Source of the DNA: Asterias rubens
Lineage: Eukaryota
Length of the DNA: 64,000 bases
Reading direction: 5' to 3'
Assembly (NCBI RefSeq): GCF_902459465.1
Contig: NC_047062.1
Span: forward strand, 30,938,001 to 31,002,000
The translations under genes and the position numbers were made by a program. Under the pieces are notes generated by a model, which worked only from the letters and a program-made list of their open reading frames with translations, had not been told where the DNA came from and searched no databases. Positions 13,201-25,200 of this stretch are shown one piece after another (positions within the stretch are counted from its first letter, which is position 1; each line of letters starts with the position of its first letter).

Positions 13201-16200
13201 TTGATACCAGGGATGGGTTTACTGATCCATCAAAACAACAGTGGATGATATTGGAAATAATGTGTTTGGTCTAATAACACAACTGTTTAAGAACTTCATT
13301 GTGTCAACTCATTGCGACCAGATCCTTGTCTTTGGTATCGGTGTCAGTGATAATTTCAAATGGTAATTGTTTTTCTTGACAGATGGAAGCGACGATTGGA
13401 AGAGCGTGCTTTAGAGAGAGATCATGATAGTCTCAGAAGAGAGATGAGAGAACGGGAACGTGAAGCCCAGCTCCGACAAGACCAGCAGCGACAAGACCAG
13501 CAGTCTACAGAAATGGAAGTCATCAACCTGGACAGCAGCTCTGAAAATGACGACGATGAGGAGGTGAAAGTTAAAGACTCTGTGAAGATCAACGAGCCGG
13601 TGGATCTTACCGATCTTGTCGCCAGGTTGGAGAGCCTGAAGCCGTTACCAACTCAAGAGGAACTGGAGATGAGGCAGAAGAAGGAAGAGGAGGAGAGTGT
13701 CGCCATCAAGGCGGAGTACACCAAGAAGAATCGGGAGTATCGCTTGGAGATGGCCGAGGCAGCGTCGCGGTACAGCATCGCGCCCCTTGGAGAAGACAGG
13801 ATCTACAGACGGTTCTGGTTGTTCAGCTCTGTGCCAGGATTGTTTGTCGAGCGAGACATGTTGTACCTCGCCGACATGGACTTCAGCCCTGTTCCGCAGA
13901 AAGTGGACATTAAGTTGTCGCCGTCTAAGACCAGCTTACCCGAGGTTCAGATGGATATTAAATCCGAAGGAGATAAAGAACAAGATACGTCGACGAGTAG
14001 TAACAAGGAGAACATTGACATGGAAGCTGTCAATGGAGAAATGGAAGTGGACGCTTCTCCACCCCAAGAGAAACTTGTGAAGGACCTCCTGATGGAGAAT
14101 GGTGTGGTCAAGGAGGTCAAGCAGGAGGTCAAGCACCAATTACCCGACCCATGCATGCAGCAAAGGGAAAACGTTAAATGGGCCTACTACAGTACTCCTG
14201 AGGAACTTAACAGTCTACTAAACACACTCAATCGCCGTGGCTTCCGTGAGAAAGCTCTGAAGGAGACGATCCTCCACGAGATGATGCGGATCGAGGAGTC
14301 CCTCAAGGACGTGCCCCTGGAGGCCCTTAATAGCATCGAGAAAGATGAGGTTGAGGAGGTGGCCGAGACCACCAAACAGGGCGTGGCACGACAGGTGGTG
14401 GTCAAGATGAACAGTGGCAAGAAGGGTCTTGTGTCGGATAAGGCCAACGGGGATGAGGCTTTGGAGTTACTTCTCAGGGAACAGTTATTGGATATTGAAG
14501 AGAGGGTCTGGAACGGAAGCTTGGGTATCATCAAGGTAAGTAGCAGAAAGTTGACTTCTCAAATGAGCCTCAGGCACCTTCTTTAAACTATTCCAAGAAC
14601 CCAATTTGGGTTCGAATCCCCAGCAAGACACTTTACCATTGCCTCGTCCTTCGGATGGGATGGAAGCCGTTGGTCCCTTGTATACCATGACATGGTGCTA
14701 AGGATTAGGTCTTATATCTCAAACTTCGTCCCACTCCTTGCAGTAATAATACCTGGTGCTTTGTATCCTTTGGCAAAAGGCACATTATAAATACGGATAT
14801 TATTATTATTATTATTATTAATTTCATAGAGCTGCTAAGCAGACGATCTGACATGGGGATTCTAGACATGGGGATTCTAAAATGTTAGGCCGGTAGAATG
14901 GTACCTGTCCTTAAAAGGGTCTGTGTACCATTGGTGAATGGTGAATGCCAATAAAAAATTATGTGGTAAGAACTACGGCAGCTTTGGATTGTTAGTACAA
15001 TGCATTTTGAGAAAGATTTACTTTCTCAAAATAGTAAGTATAATAAAAAATATCGAAGTCTTATATAGCGCAGGTATCTATCAAACAAGGTACTCAATGC
15101 GCTGAGTATAATACAAACTTTCAGAAAGATAGGTTATTGCAGTGATGAATTCTGAGACCCAATTATTTAGCACCTTATAAGGGTTTACAAGGTGCAACGG
15201 CGCATACAGCAGCCACAGCCAGGAACATCCGGGCGAACCCCTTCTCTTTTAGAAAAGTGCACTGGGTTCTTTTACATGCATTACATAACACATGGGACCA
15301 ACAGCTTTACGTCCTATCCGAAGGATGAAGCAGTGGTTAAGTGTCTTGCTTAAGGACACAAGTGTCACGGCTGGGGATTCGAACCCACACTCTGCGTTTT
15401 TGGAAAAACATACCCGTTTTTATCACCAAAAGTTTGAATATAGGGATCGTTAACTAATACTGCTTCTAAGATTATGTGTATTCCTAGAAGGGGTTATTCT
15501 TCCTGTTGGAGATATTGACTCTGGATTTTCGGCGATATCTCAAAAATGCCGCCACCTTTTGAAGCGAAATTTTCATGGGCTAGTTTTATTGTACATCTAC
15601 ATTTATATAGGAGTGAAACATTAAAACTTTTCCCAAAACCAAATGTGTACAGACCCTTTAAAGGGAAAGTACACGTTTGGTATTTACTTAAAACAAATGT
15701 TAACTTAAAAACTGACTTGGTTATGAGCATTGGAGAGCTGTTGATAGTATAAAACATTGTGAGGAACGGCTCCCTCAGTAAAATATTAAAAGACTTCTAG
15801 CCAGATGTCTTTTATTCCTAGCGTAGCATAGATTTTGAGAAAGAGGTTATTTCTCAGTAAAATATTAAAAGACTTCTAGCCAGAAGTCTTTTATTCCTAG
15901 CTGAAAGCACACAAACCCGTTCAACAAGGGTGTTTTTTCTTTCATAATTTTCTTGCAACTTTGATGACCAATCGAGACCAAATTTTCACAGGCTTGTTAT
16001 TTAGTGTTATTTTGTTCTGTATGTGTGTCTTTACTAAAGGTTGATAAGAGAGCCGACTGGATCAGCGCCATCGAGCAGGGATCCTTTGACCGTCAGTGTA
16101 AAGAGATCAGTTGGGGTCCGTTGTACGCTCGCTCCATCCTGGATGACAAAGACTTCCTCAACATGTCAATCTCCGATCTACCCAAGCTGGAGGAGGGCAC

Positions 16201-19200
16201 CACTGGGAATAAAAAAAACAGGTTAGTTGGATTAAAGAACTTGGATATGTTGAGCTAGGTTTTACAAAAACAAATCAGTAACAGACCTGGGTTAAATGTC
16301 ACGGCTCTGCTTACTGCGTCATTCTGCTCTTGCATCCCAGCCCCTGGTGTGTTGTTCTCAGAAAGGCAAGACAATTTTCCTTTTGCCAAGGGAAACTCTA
16401 CTTTTCTGCTTGGGCAATCAGGCGTGCAACTTTTCAGCTGATAAGCTTAATTCCTCTTTTTCTTTTCAAAACAGTGCCATAGAAAACTGAAAAACACTGT
16501 ACAAAAGTAAAGTGTGATCAGCCATCTCTTTTTTTTTTTTTGCAATTAGAAAGTTGCATGTCTGGGCACTTGAACTCCAACGGTAGGCATGTAAACCTGC
16601 ATAAAAAAGACTTGATAGACAATGAAACCATTCTGTGTGGTCTGTGGATCAGTTTAGATGTTTAATAGTTATTTCCCAAACTTGAACATTCATTAGGTTG
16701 GCGGAGCTACGGCGTGCAGATGCTACAGGGTCACCGTCATCGACTCGATGCAGCACGCCTACCAACCCATCCGAGAATGTCGTCAGGGACTTGGCCTGTG
16801 CCTTACTCCAGGTGTCTCAGGGAATTGAAGCCAAGTATCTGAAAGCTCCACTGGGTGCGTACACAATTGTTGATTATAAATGTTTAGTTTTATTGTTGGA
16901 TGCTGTTAATCACTGTACAGTCAACACTCTCTTACTGTTTGACCATTTATTATCATCCACTGTGGTTATGAATATTAGATAAGCTATTTCAGCCTGCAGT
17001 TTGATATACGTCATCAGGCAACCCTCCTAATGTCTGACCATTCAATAATCTCAGAGCTGTGTATTGAGAAAGTTGCGACAACTTGCGATTAGAATTCATT
17101 TTTGGTTCAAAATGTATCCAATGGATGTTAATTTCCATATGCTATACATCTAAGGAAACATTTTGCAGACAATAATTTATTTCTTACCATCTGACATCAT
17201 CTGATAGGAGCGGAGGATACCGGTCGATATGCAGCCATCAGAAAGAGCAAGAGGATGCAAGAGAAACTTGAAGGCAAAGAGGAGAGCGAGGATGAGGAGG
17301 AAGGTAAGTCTCTCTGACCAAGAACGTTTGACAAAAGACTTTCCAAAATTTAACCCTGCAGTGCCTTTTGTAATGCTATGCAATTTGAAGTGTAAGTTGA
17401 TACTTACATTGGTAGAATTCGCAATTGAAAGGTGTTGCTCTTTCCACAAAGTACCACAGGAGGCTGTGGAACCAAAGTACACAGTACTGATAATACAAGC
17501 TGTACAGACAGAAGAAACCCATGCACCCCAATGCTAGCCTAGAAGTTGTGGTACTTTGTGGAAGTCTTTGCCATCTCCTGCCAACTGACTCTTTCCACAC
17601 AATACCACAGGAGGCTGTGGAACCAAAGTACACAGTACTGATAATACAAGCTGTACAGACAGAAGAAACCCATGCACCCCAATGCTAGCCTAGAAGTTGT
17701 GGTACTTTGTGGAAGTCTTTGCCATCTCCTGCCAACTGACTCTTTCCACACAATACCACAGGAGGCTGTGGAACCAAAGTACACAGTACTGATAATACAA
17801 GCTGTACAGACAGACGAAACCCATGCACCCAATGCTAGCTTAGAAGTTACTTTGTGGAAGTCTTGTGTTATCTCCTGCCAACTGACTCTTACTGCAAAAT
17901 ACCACAGCAGTCTGTTCACAGTACAAAAGACGGCTGTACAAATGGAATGAACTGATGCACCCAATGCTAGCCTAGAAGTTGTGGTTCTTTGTGGAAGTCT
18001 TTGCCATCTCCTGCCAATTGACTCTTTCCACAAAATACCACAGGACACTGTACACAGTACACAAGCCACCTGTACAAATGGAATGAACCGGTGCACCCAA
18101 TGCCAGCCTTGAAGTTATGCGCTAATAGTCTGCAGTTAACTCATTAATGGAATGTTTTTTGCTTATCATGTCTGAGCAGCTGACAAGAAGCCCAGAAAGA
18201 CGTGTCGTGAGTGTTGGGAGGAGTCCCTGATGGCAGCCACCAGCCTTCCTCAGATCTTCCTGCATCTCTCCACGCTGGAGCGCTCCATCATCTGGTCCAA
18301 GTCCATCCTGAATGCACGATGTCGTATCTGTAGACGCAAGGGAGATGCAGAGCAGATGCTGCTATGTGACGGGTGCGACAGAGGCCTTCATATGTACTGT
18401 CTCAAGCCCAAACTAAAGGTCCGTATTTTTTTCTACAGAAAAGTTCATTCCTCCTTTACTCCCCCCATCTTTGTAGTGAAAAGACAAGCTAACGGGGCCC
18501 TCTGGCCAGTCACTAAAAAATGTTAAGGGCAAACCCTGCTTATGCTTTACCGTTACTTTCATCTAATTGCAGAAAGTACCTCAGGGTGAATGGTACTGCA
18601 AAGACTGCAAGCCCAAGGAGATTCACCGCAGTCCGAGGAAACAGCGGCGTAATATGATGAAGAAAGAGGAGGTAGAAGAAGAGGAGGAGGAGGAGGAGGA
18701 GGAGGCATCATCCGAAGAAGAAGAAGAAGAAGAAGATGAAGAGCAGGAGGCAGATACCTCATCTGAAGAAGAAGAAGAAGAAAGTGAGGAAGAGGAAGAG
18801 GAGGATAGTGATGCGGAGGACAGTGAGGAGGCGGCCAGCGATGCTGAGATGGAGAGTGACGACGAAGAGTAAGAATTCATCTTTATTCATTTTTATCACT
18901 CTTCAGTTTCTTTTGGTGTCATCGTCAAGTTAATATTCCTATTTCTCTTTTCTAAGAAGAAACTGAATTTGTTACACTTTTGTATGAATCAGGCATGATA
19001 TTCAACCTACTTTAGTCTGTTTTTGCGATTATTGAGCCCACAAAAGGGGCACCCATTTCATTTTGCCAAGCGCACTTCCTCTGGGCAATCCGAAATTTCA
19101 TGGGAAAGTTTTGAAGGGTCAACAAGGTCAAGACAGGGGCAAGGAATGCCATGCCCTCTGTGTTATTCCAAATTGAAAGTGAACCAGAAACCTGGTTTCA

Positions 19201-22200
19201 CTTTGCAAAGGGCACTTCCAGTGGTCAATAAGAAATTCTATGGGTATCTTTAAAAGGGGCATCAAGATAAAGACTGGGGCAATAGATGCCCTGCCCTGTG
19301 TGTAATTTAAGGCCTGCTAATGAACCAGAAACCTGGTTTAATTTTGTAAGGGGCACTTCCTGTGAACAATCAGAACTCAGAATCAAGGCTGGGGCAATAT
19401 CCTTCGTGTAATTCCAGTTCTGAGAATGAACCGGGAACCTTTTTCAATTCTTAGTAAATTCTCTGGGGTAGATTTGTAGATGAACCTTTTTCTTTCTCCC
19501 TTGTGACTCGTGTGATCTTCATGTGATCTTCATGTGATCTTGATGTGACGATCAAATCTTTGAGTTCTTCTGGTGACTCTTTCATTGCAGTATCGACCAC
19601 AATGATACATGTGGATGGTGCAGACACGGGGGTGATATGGTACTGTGCCATAGGTGCCCCTCTGCATTCCACATGGAGTGTCTGCAGCCGCCCCTGCATA
19701 AATTCCCCCGCCGGAAATGGTTCTGTCCAACGTGCTCTAAGCATTTGCCTAATGGGTAAATTTTCAAAATTCCCTTCAGTGTTTTTTGTTTTAAATCTTG
19801 GCTGCATCCCTGCATGTAAAAACTTGACCCTCCCTGAGACCACACCTACAAAAAAAAATCCACCCTTCCACTCCCTTTGTGTGCTTCGTATGAAAAAAAT
19901 AGAAAATGATGAATCAATTAGAATTTAACTTAATCAATATAATTGTAAGTTCTCATTTCATTAGAAACACATTCATGAGTGTATGAACTAATGTTCTGCG
20001 CCTTGAACACCCAGTAGGGTGGATACGTGCGCATTACAAGTCTTATTATTATTATTATTATTATTATTAAGGTTGCACGCACGGCAAAGTGTTGACATTT
20101 ACAATAGTATTGGGTAGTTCACATATAAGCCTCTAAACCGGATAACACAATTTCCTGCAAAAATATTAAGCACAATTCACATCAGTGCGCTTATTAATTA
20201 GCATTCACATTTATGTGATATGCGGCCAATCACCGACACAGTACAAACTCAACCCTCCCACTGTCTGACCATTCAATATCGTCCACTGTGGTTATGAATG
20301 ATGGATAAACTATGTCAGCTTGCAATATGATATCATGTGGTGAATGAGACTCACTTGAGTACACTGTCAACCCTCTTATTGTGTGACCATTCAATATCAT
20401 CTACTGCCATTTTGAATGATACATGATGCCAGCCTTTAACATGATGTTATGCAGTGAATACTCCTACATTACACAGTCAACCCTCCTGCTGTGTGTTAAT
20501 AACACTGAGTTCTGATAAATCGCTTTATCACACGCGAAGGGTGTATCAAAGTGCTCAGTTTTTCTGCAAGGCTTGTGGAGCTAGGTTTTTTAAGTACATA
20601 CGTATGAGACCCTATAGACCGTATTGAATAACCCCTTTTGGCTATGAAAAGTCGCCATCTTGTAGGGCAAACGATATGCGCGTCCAAATGCGTACATCAT
20701 CGAAGCACGAAGCACGCAGCACGCCACATTCTTAGTTTGATTACTACGGCACATGCACGCACACACACATGCACACGCTCCCAGACTCTATCTTGTAGGT
20801 GAGATGTTTGAACGGTGACATCATATTAAATACGGTCTATTAGTTTACATTATCTAGCACCATGTAATGGTTTACAAGGTGCTGTGGCTCAGTATGCCGC
20901 CGATCAAACCAGGAATACCCTGGCGAACCCCTTCTCTTTTCGATAAGTGCACAGAGTTCTTTTACATGCATTAACACAACACACATGACATAGGGCTTTA
21001 TGTCCCATCCCAAAGATGCTGCAATAATGGTTTTAAAGTGTCTGGCTTTTAAGGACACAAGTGTGTCGACTGGGGTTCGAACCCACACTTTGCTGAGCAG
21101 AAACCGAGAGCTTGAGTCTGGTGTTCTTATTTGCTCGGCCACAACACATTGTGCAGTTACTGATTCAGACTTACCAAACTGTCCTACATCTACTACACTA
21201 ATATCATAATCAACATACAAAAGCATGCGCTAAACTTGTATCCATCCACGTTTTTATAGCCTTAAATTTGTTTTTAAATGCCTTAATCTGTTTTGAATGA
21301 CCTACATGTAGTGCAGTAGTAACAACCCAAAATTGTCATTTAACTCATTGAACTAAGCACCTAATACCCTGTAGTCTTCAAGAAATTTAGCTAGCAACAT
21401 CGCCGACAATAGTTGATGTATTCTGTATTACAATACAATGTGTGATGACTAGTTATAATATAAGTTTTCAGACAAACACGAGTGGAATGCGGAAAAATAT
21501 AGCACATCTGCATCCCATATGCAACAAGGCTGAAGCTGTTGCATGTATTGTAACACGATGCAAACCACCTAAATGCTTTACAAGAACCCATTTTTCTGTG
21601 TAATATATTGATAGCATGGTAGTTTTAGCTAACCGTTCTGTCCTGTCGTTGTGTATCGTTGATTGTTTACTCATGTGTCTGCCTGCAGACTTCTGTGTAT
21701 TCGAACTGTATGGGGGCTGATGAAAAGAACATTTTCACAAATTAAGCAAAAGTGTGACGTCACAACACAAATGACATTGTCAATACAAGTCTTTTAAAGA
21801 TGATTCTTAGTGCGTTGTGACATCTGGGCTTGGTGCTCCTTTAAAAGTCACCCACAGACTTGAACATATTGAAAATGGCCATGCCCTCTCAAAAGGTAAT
21901 TTTCCAGGCCAAATGCAAAGTACCGATGAATCTTGGTTCCCCACAATGTTTGAATATGCAGTTTCCATTTATTTGTCTCTAAGCTTTTGTCAATGCTTCA
22001 TTCTTCCCTCTTCCCGATACTCTGCTTTTTGTTGTTGTAAGTGTAAGTAAAGGATTGAAATGTAAACATGGCTGCTGCACAGCTGTAATAGATCCAAAGC
22101 TTTTGTGTTTAGAAGGTCACAGTACCCGTTCAATTGTAAAACCATTTTGTGTACACTTGTTATACATTGGCAATTCCGCATGAAATATGCCAACTGATAT

Positions 22201-25200
22201 AATTTTAAAGGGAGAATGAAACCTTTCCTAGTTTTCTTTTGTCAAAGTGCAGTTGCACACCTGGTAGGTCAAGTGCTGTGAGATAGTATTCAGCGACACA
22301 TTTTCCTGTTGGCTTCTGCATGCTTTTATTTATTTGCGTCATCTTTAATGAGGGTAAACTTATATCAAAACTCAGTATAAAAATTGTATTAGTAAAAAAC
22401 ATTATTGCATATATTAAGCCATCAAAGTTGTTAAAAAGGAATGACACCATGGGCTCCTGCTTAAAGGCACTGGACACAAGTATCTGAAAGCACACAACTT
22501 GTGCGACAAGGGTGTTTTTTCTTTTATTATTATCTCGCAAATTCGACAACCAATTGAGCTAAAAATTTGCACAGGTTTGGTAATTTGTGCATATGTTGAG
22601 ATACATCAAGTGAGAAGACTGGTCTTTGACAATTACCAAAGGTGTCCAGTGCCTTTAAATAGCAATTATTTTCACAGAATTGTAAGATTAATTGTAGATT
22701 GTAGACACGTGTAAAATAGCACTCAAAAGGAAGCAGTATATATTTGAGCTGGTCATTTGTACCTTTGTAATAAGACAAATAATGCATTGGTTTCAGGGGT
22801 TATGCAAGTGACGCCGACGCCCATGATGACACCTGTACTAAGTGTAGGCACGGCGGTGAGCTGATCTGCTGCGACACGTGCCCCAAGGCTTTTCACATGG
22901 AGTGCTGTATACCAGTCATGTCTCGTATCCCTAAGGGACAGTGGAGCTGTGAAGTGTGTAAGAAAGGAACAACCAAGGGTGCTAAGAAAAATCAAAGCTC
23001 AGGAAAATCTAAGGGTGAGATTTCTAGAGGATTAATAAACATTGTAATAACAAAATCATGCTTAACATAATGAGGTTACCAGCCAAGCTCTCGTGTCACA
23101 TGCTGAATGTTTGACTGGTATCCTGCCTGATTTTGCCAAGTAGAAAAGTGTTTTCCTTCTGCTTAAGCAGCTCTATGAAATTGGAGCCAGAAAGAAGTCT
23201 TCCGGCCTTGAGTTTCAAATTTGAGAGGGCAAGGCCATTTTCCTTTTGGAAAGGGCACTTCAATTTGTATGAGGAAGTTTTGAAAGGGGCACCGAGGCCA
23301 AGACCAGGGGCAGCAGAGGGCTGAATTCTAAAATCTACTCCACCATAGCAGAACAAATAGCAAGAAATGTTTCAATAGCAGTGTATTCAGCAAAGTAGAT
23401 CCAGGTTGAAGTGAGCCATGATAAATTGTCGTTATGTCTGTTGTCACTTAGCCCCCCCCCCCCCAAAGTTTGTTGTTGTTTGTGAAATACTTTATCTTAT
23501 TTAACAACCTACTTAAGAAATCCTTTTTTGTGGTTTAGGTCTTGTTTCTTTAGTTAATTATTTTAATTATTTATTTAAAGAAAGATTGTTATTGACTTTT
23601 TGCCACAGCGAGTCCAGCAACAAATAGTTCAAGCAAAAACTCCACCCCAAAGGGTTCAACAAGCTCCAAGAACGCGACCCCCAAAGGTGCCACGCCTAAA
23701 GAAGCCACACCCAAAGCATCCACATCTAAGAATACCCCAAAGACCACACCCAAAGGGGGCAAAGCACAGGCCAAGTCAACCCCAGCGAGTGGTAAAGCCA
23801 AGGCGGGGTCATCTCAGAAGACGACCCCGAAGGAAGGGCGGGGCAGCAGGAGACAGTCCTCCGACTCGCGGTCCTCAACTCCCGATGTGGACGTCAAGAA
23901 GATGAAGATGATAAAAGGGGTGAAGGTTGTCCTGACTGCTCTCAATGGTGGTAGCAGGAAGCAGAGATCAAGGAGCCAGTCTTTGGATGATGGTAATGTT
24001 TGATTCTTTAATTGATGTAACAATTTTCCCTTCCCATGCAAGGTTTTAGCTAGGATTTGTTAAAAAGGGTGTCCAAATTTGCTGGAACTTTAAAAACTGG
24101 GTGTTCAAATGGTACATACGCTATTGGTTGGCAAATGCCAGATATGATTTCATTTTCATTTATGATTCTGGTTGTGAAGCCAAGTACTCCTATGAAAGCA
24201 AACTTATTCGCTACACTAGCCAATAACCCCCTAGACAGAACAGATTTTCAGTTTTAGATGTGGGACGAAAAACCTAGAGTAATTTTCCAGAGAAACCCGC
24301 CACGCAATGAGCTAGGGACTCGAACCCAATCCACACAGTTCCCCTGGCAGGATTTTAACCGGGGTTCTAGAGGTGGAAGGCTAGTAAAGATACCACTACG
24401 CCAACCCGAACACCCAAGAGTGGTGCACTAGGCTTGAACCCACCGAATTGTTTTCAAAGGTTGTTCAATCTAGTTTCATTTTTTGATTGATAGGTTCGGC
24501 ATCGGAAGATTCGGGTCCTTCCTCCGTCTACCGGAGGGTGTCGTCCACTGGGCGTGGTAGTCAAGAGATGAGACAATTGACCCATTGTGAGGAGCTTCTG
24601 AAGGAGATGGTCAAACATCCAGAAGCAAGACCCTTCCTCTCTGCAGTCAGCAAGAAGAATGTGAGTACTTTGTTTGGACTGTTGTTGAATTGGTTCTTAC
24701 TGCATTAGCCGTCTACGCTCCGTGCCCCACAAGCCTGCAGTGAAGACATGGTCCGTTATGAAAGCTCGATCTAGGAGGCTGGCGGGGCCTGGGACATGGC
24801 CCTGACTTGGTGCAAAGAAAGTCTTCCCAGAGCACCGCAAAGCTTTGTAACATTTGTCAAACAAGTTCACCAGCCAGTTGGAAACATTTGAAAGTTGTGG
24901 CGGCACAACCGCGCACAGAACAAACTGTGGGGATATGTCTTGTGTAGATCCATTTGCCACATGGTATAGTGTTGTGTCTATCATTTGAAACCACAATGGA
25001 TGATGTTGAACGGCCAGACAGTAGGAGGGTTGACAGTGTGTACTATGTAGATATTTTTATCACTTGATATCATATTGCAGGTATGCATGGCTTATTTATC
25101 ATTCAAAATGATATGAATGGTCTGACAGTAGGAGGGTTGACAGTGTACTATGTAAATGCATGTACATTTTTCAACAAAAGAATGGTCTACAATTATTCTG

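Noticed and set aside
22040-22190. Possible fourth PHD exon (KCKHGCC...)
   Set aside because: Cys/His spacing does not fit C4HC3, there are no suitable splice sites and an in-frame stop follows.
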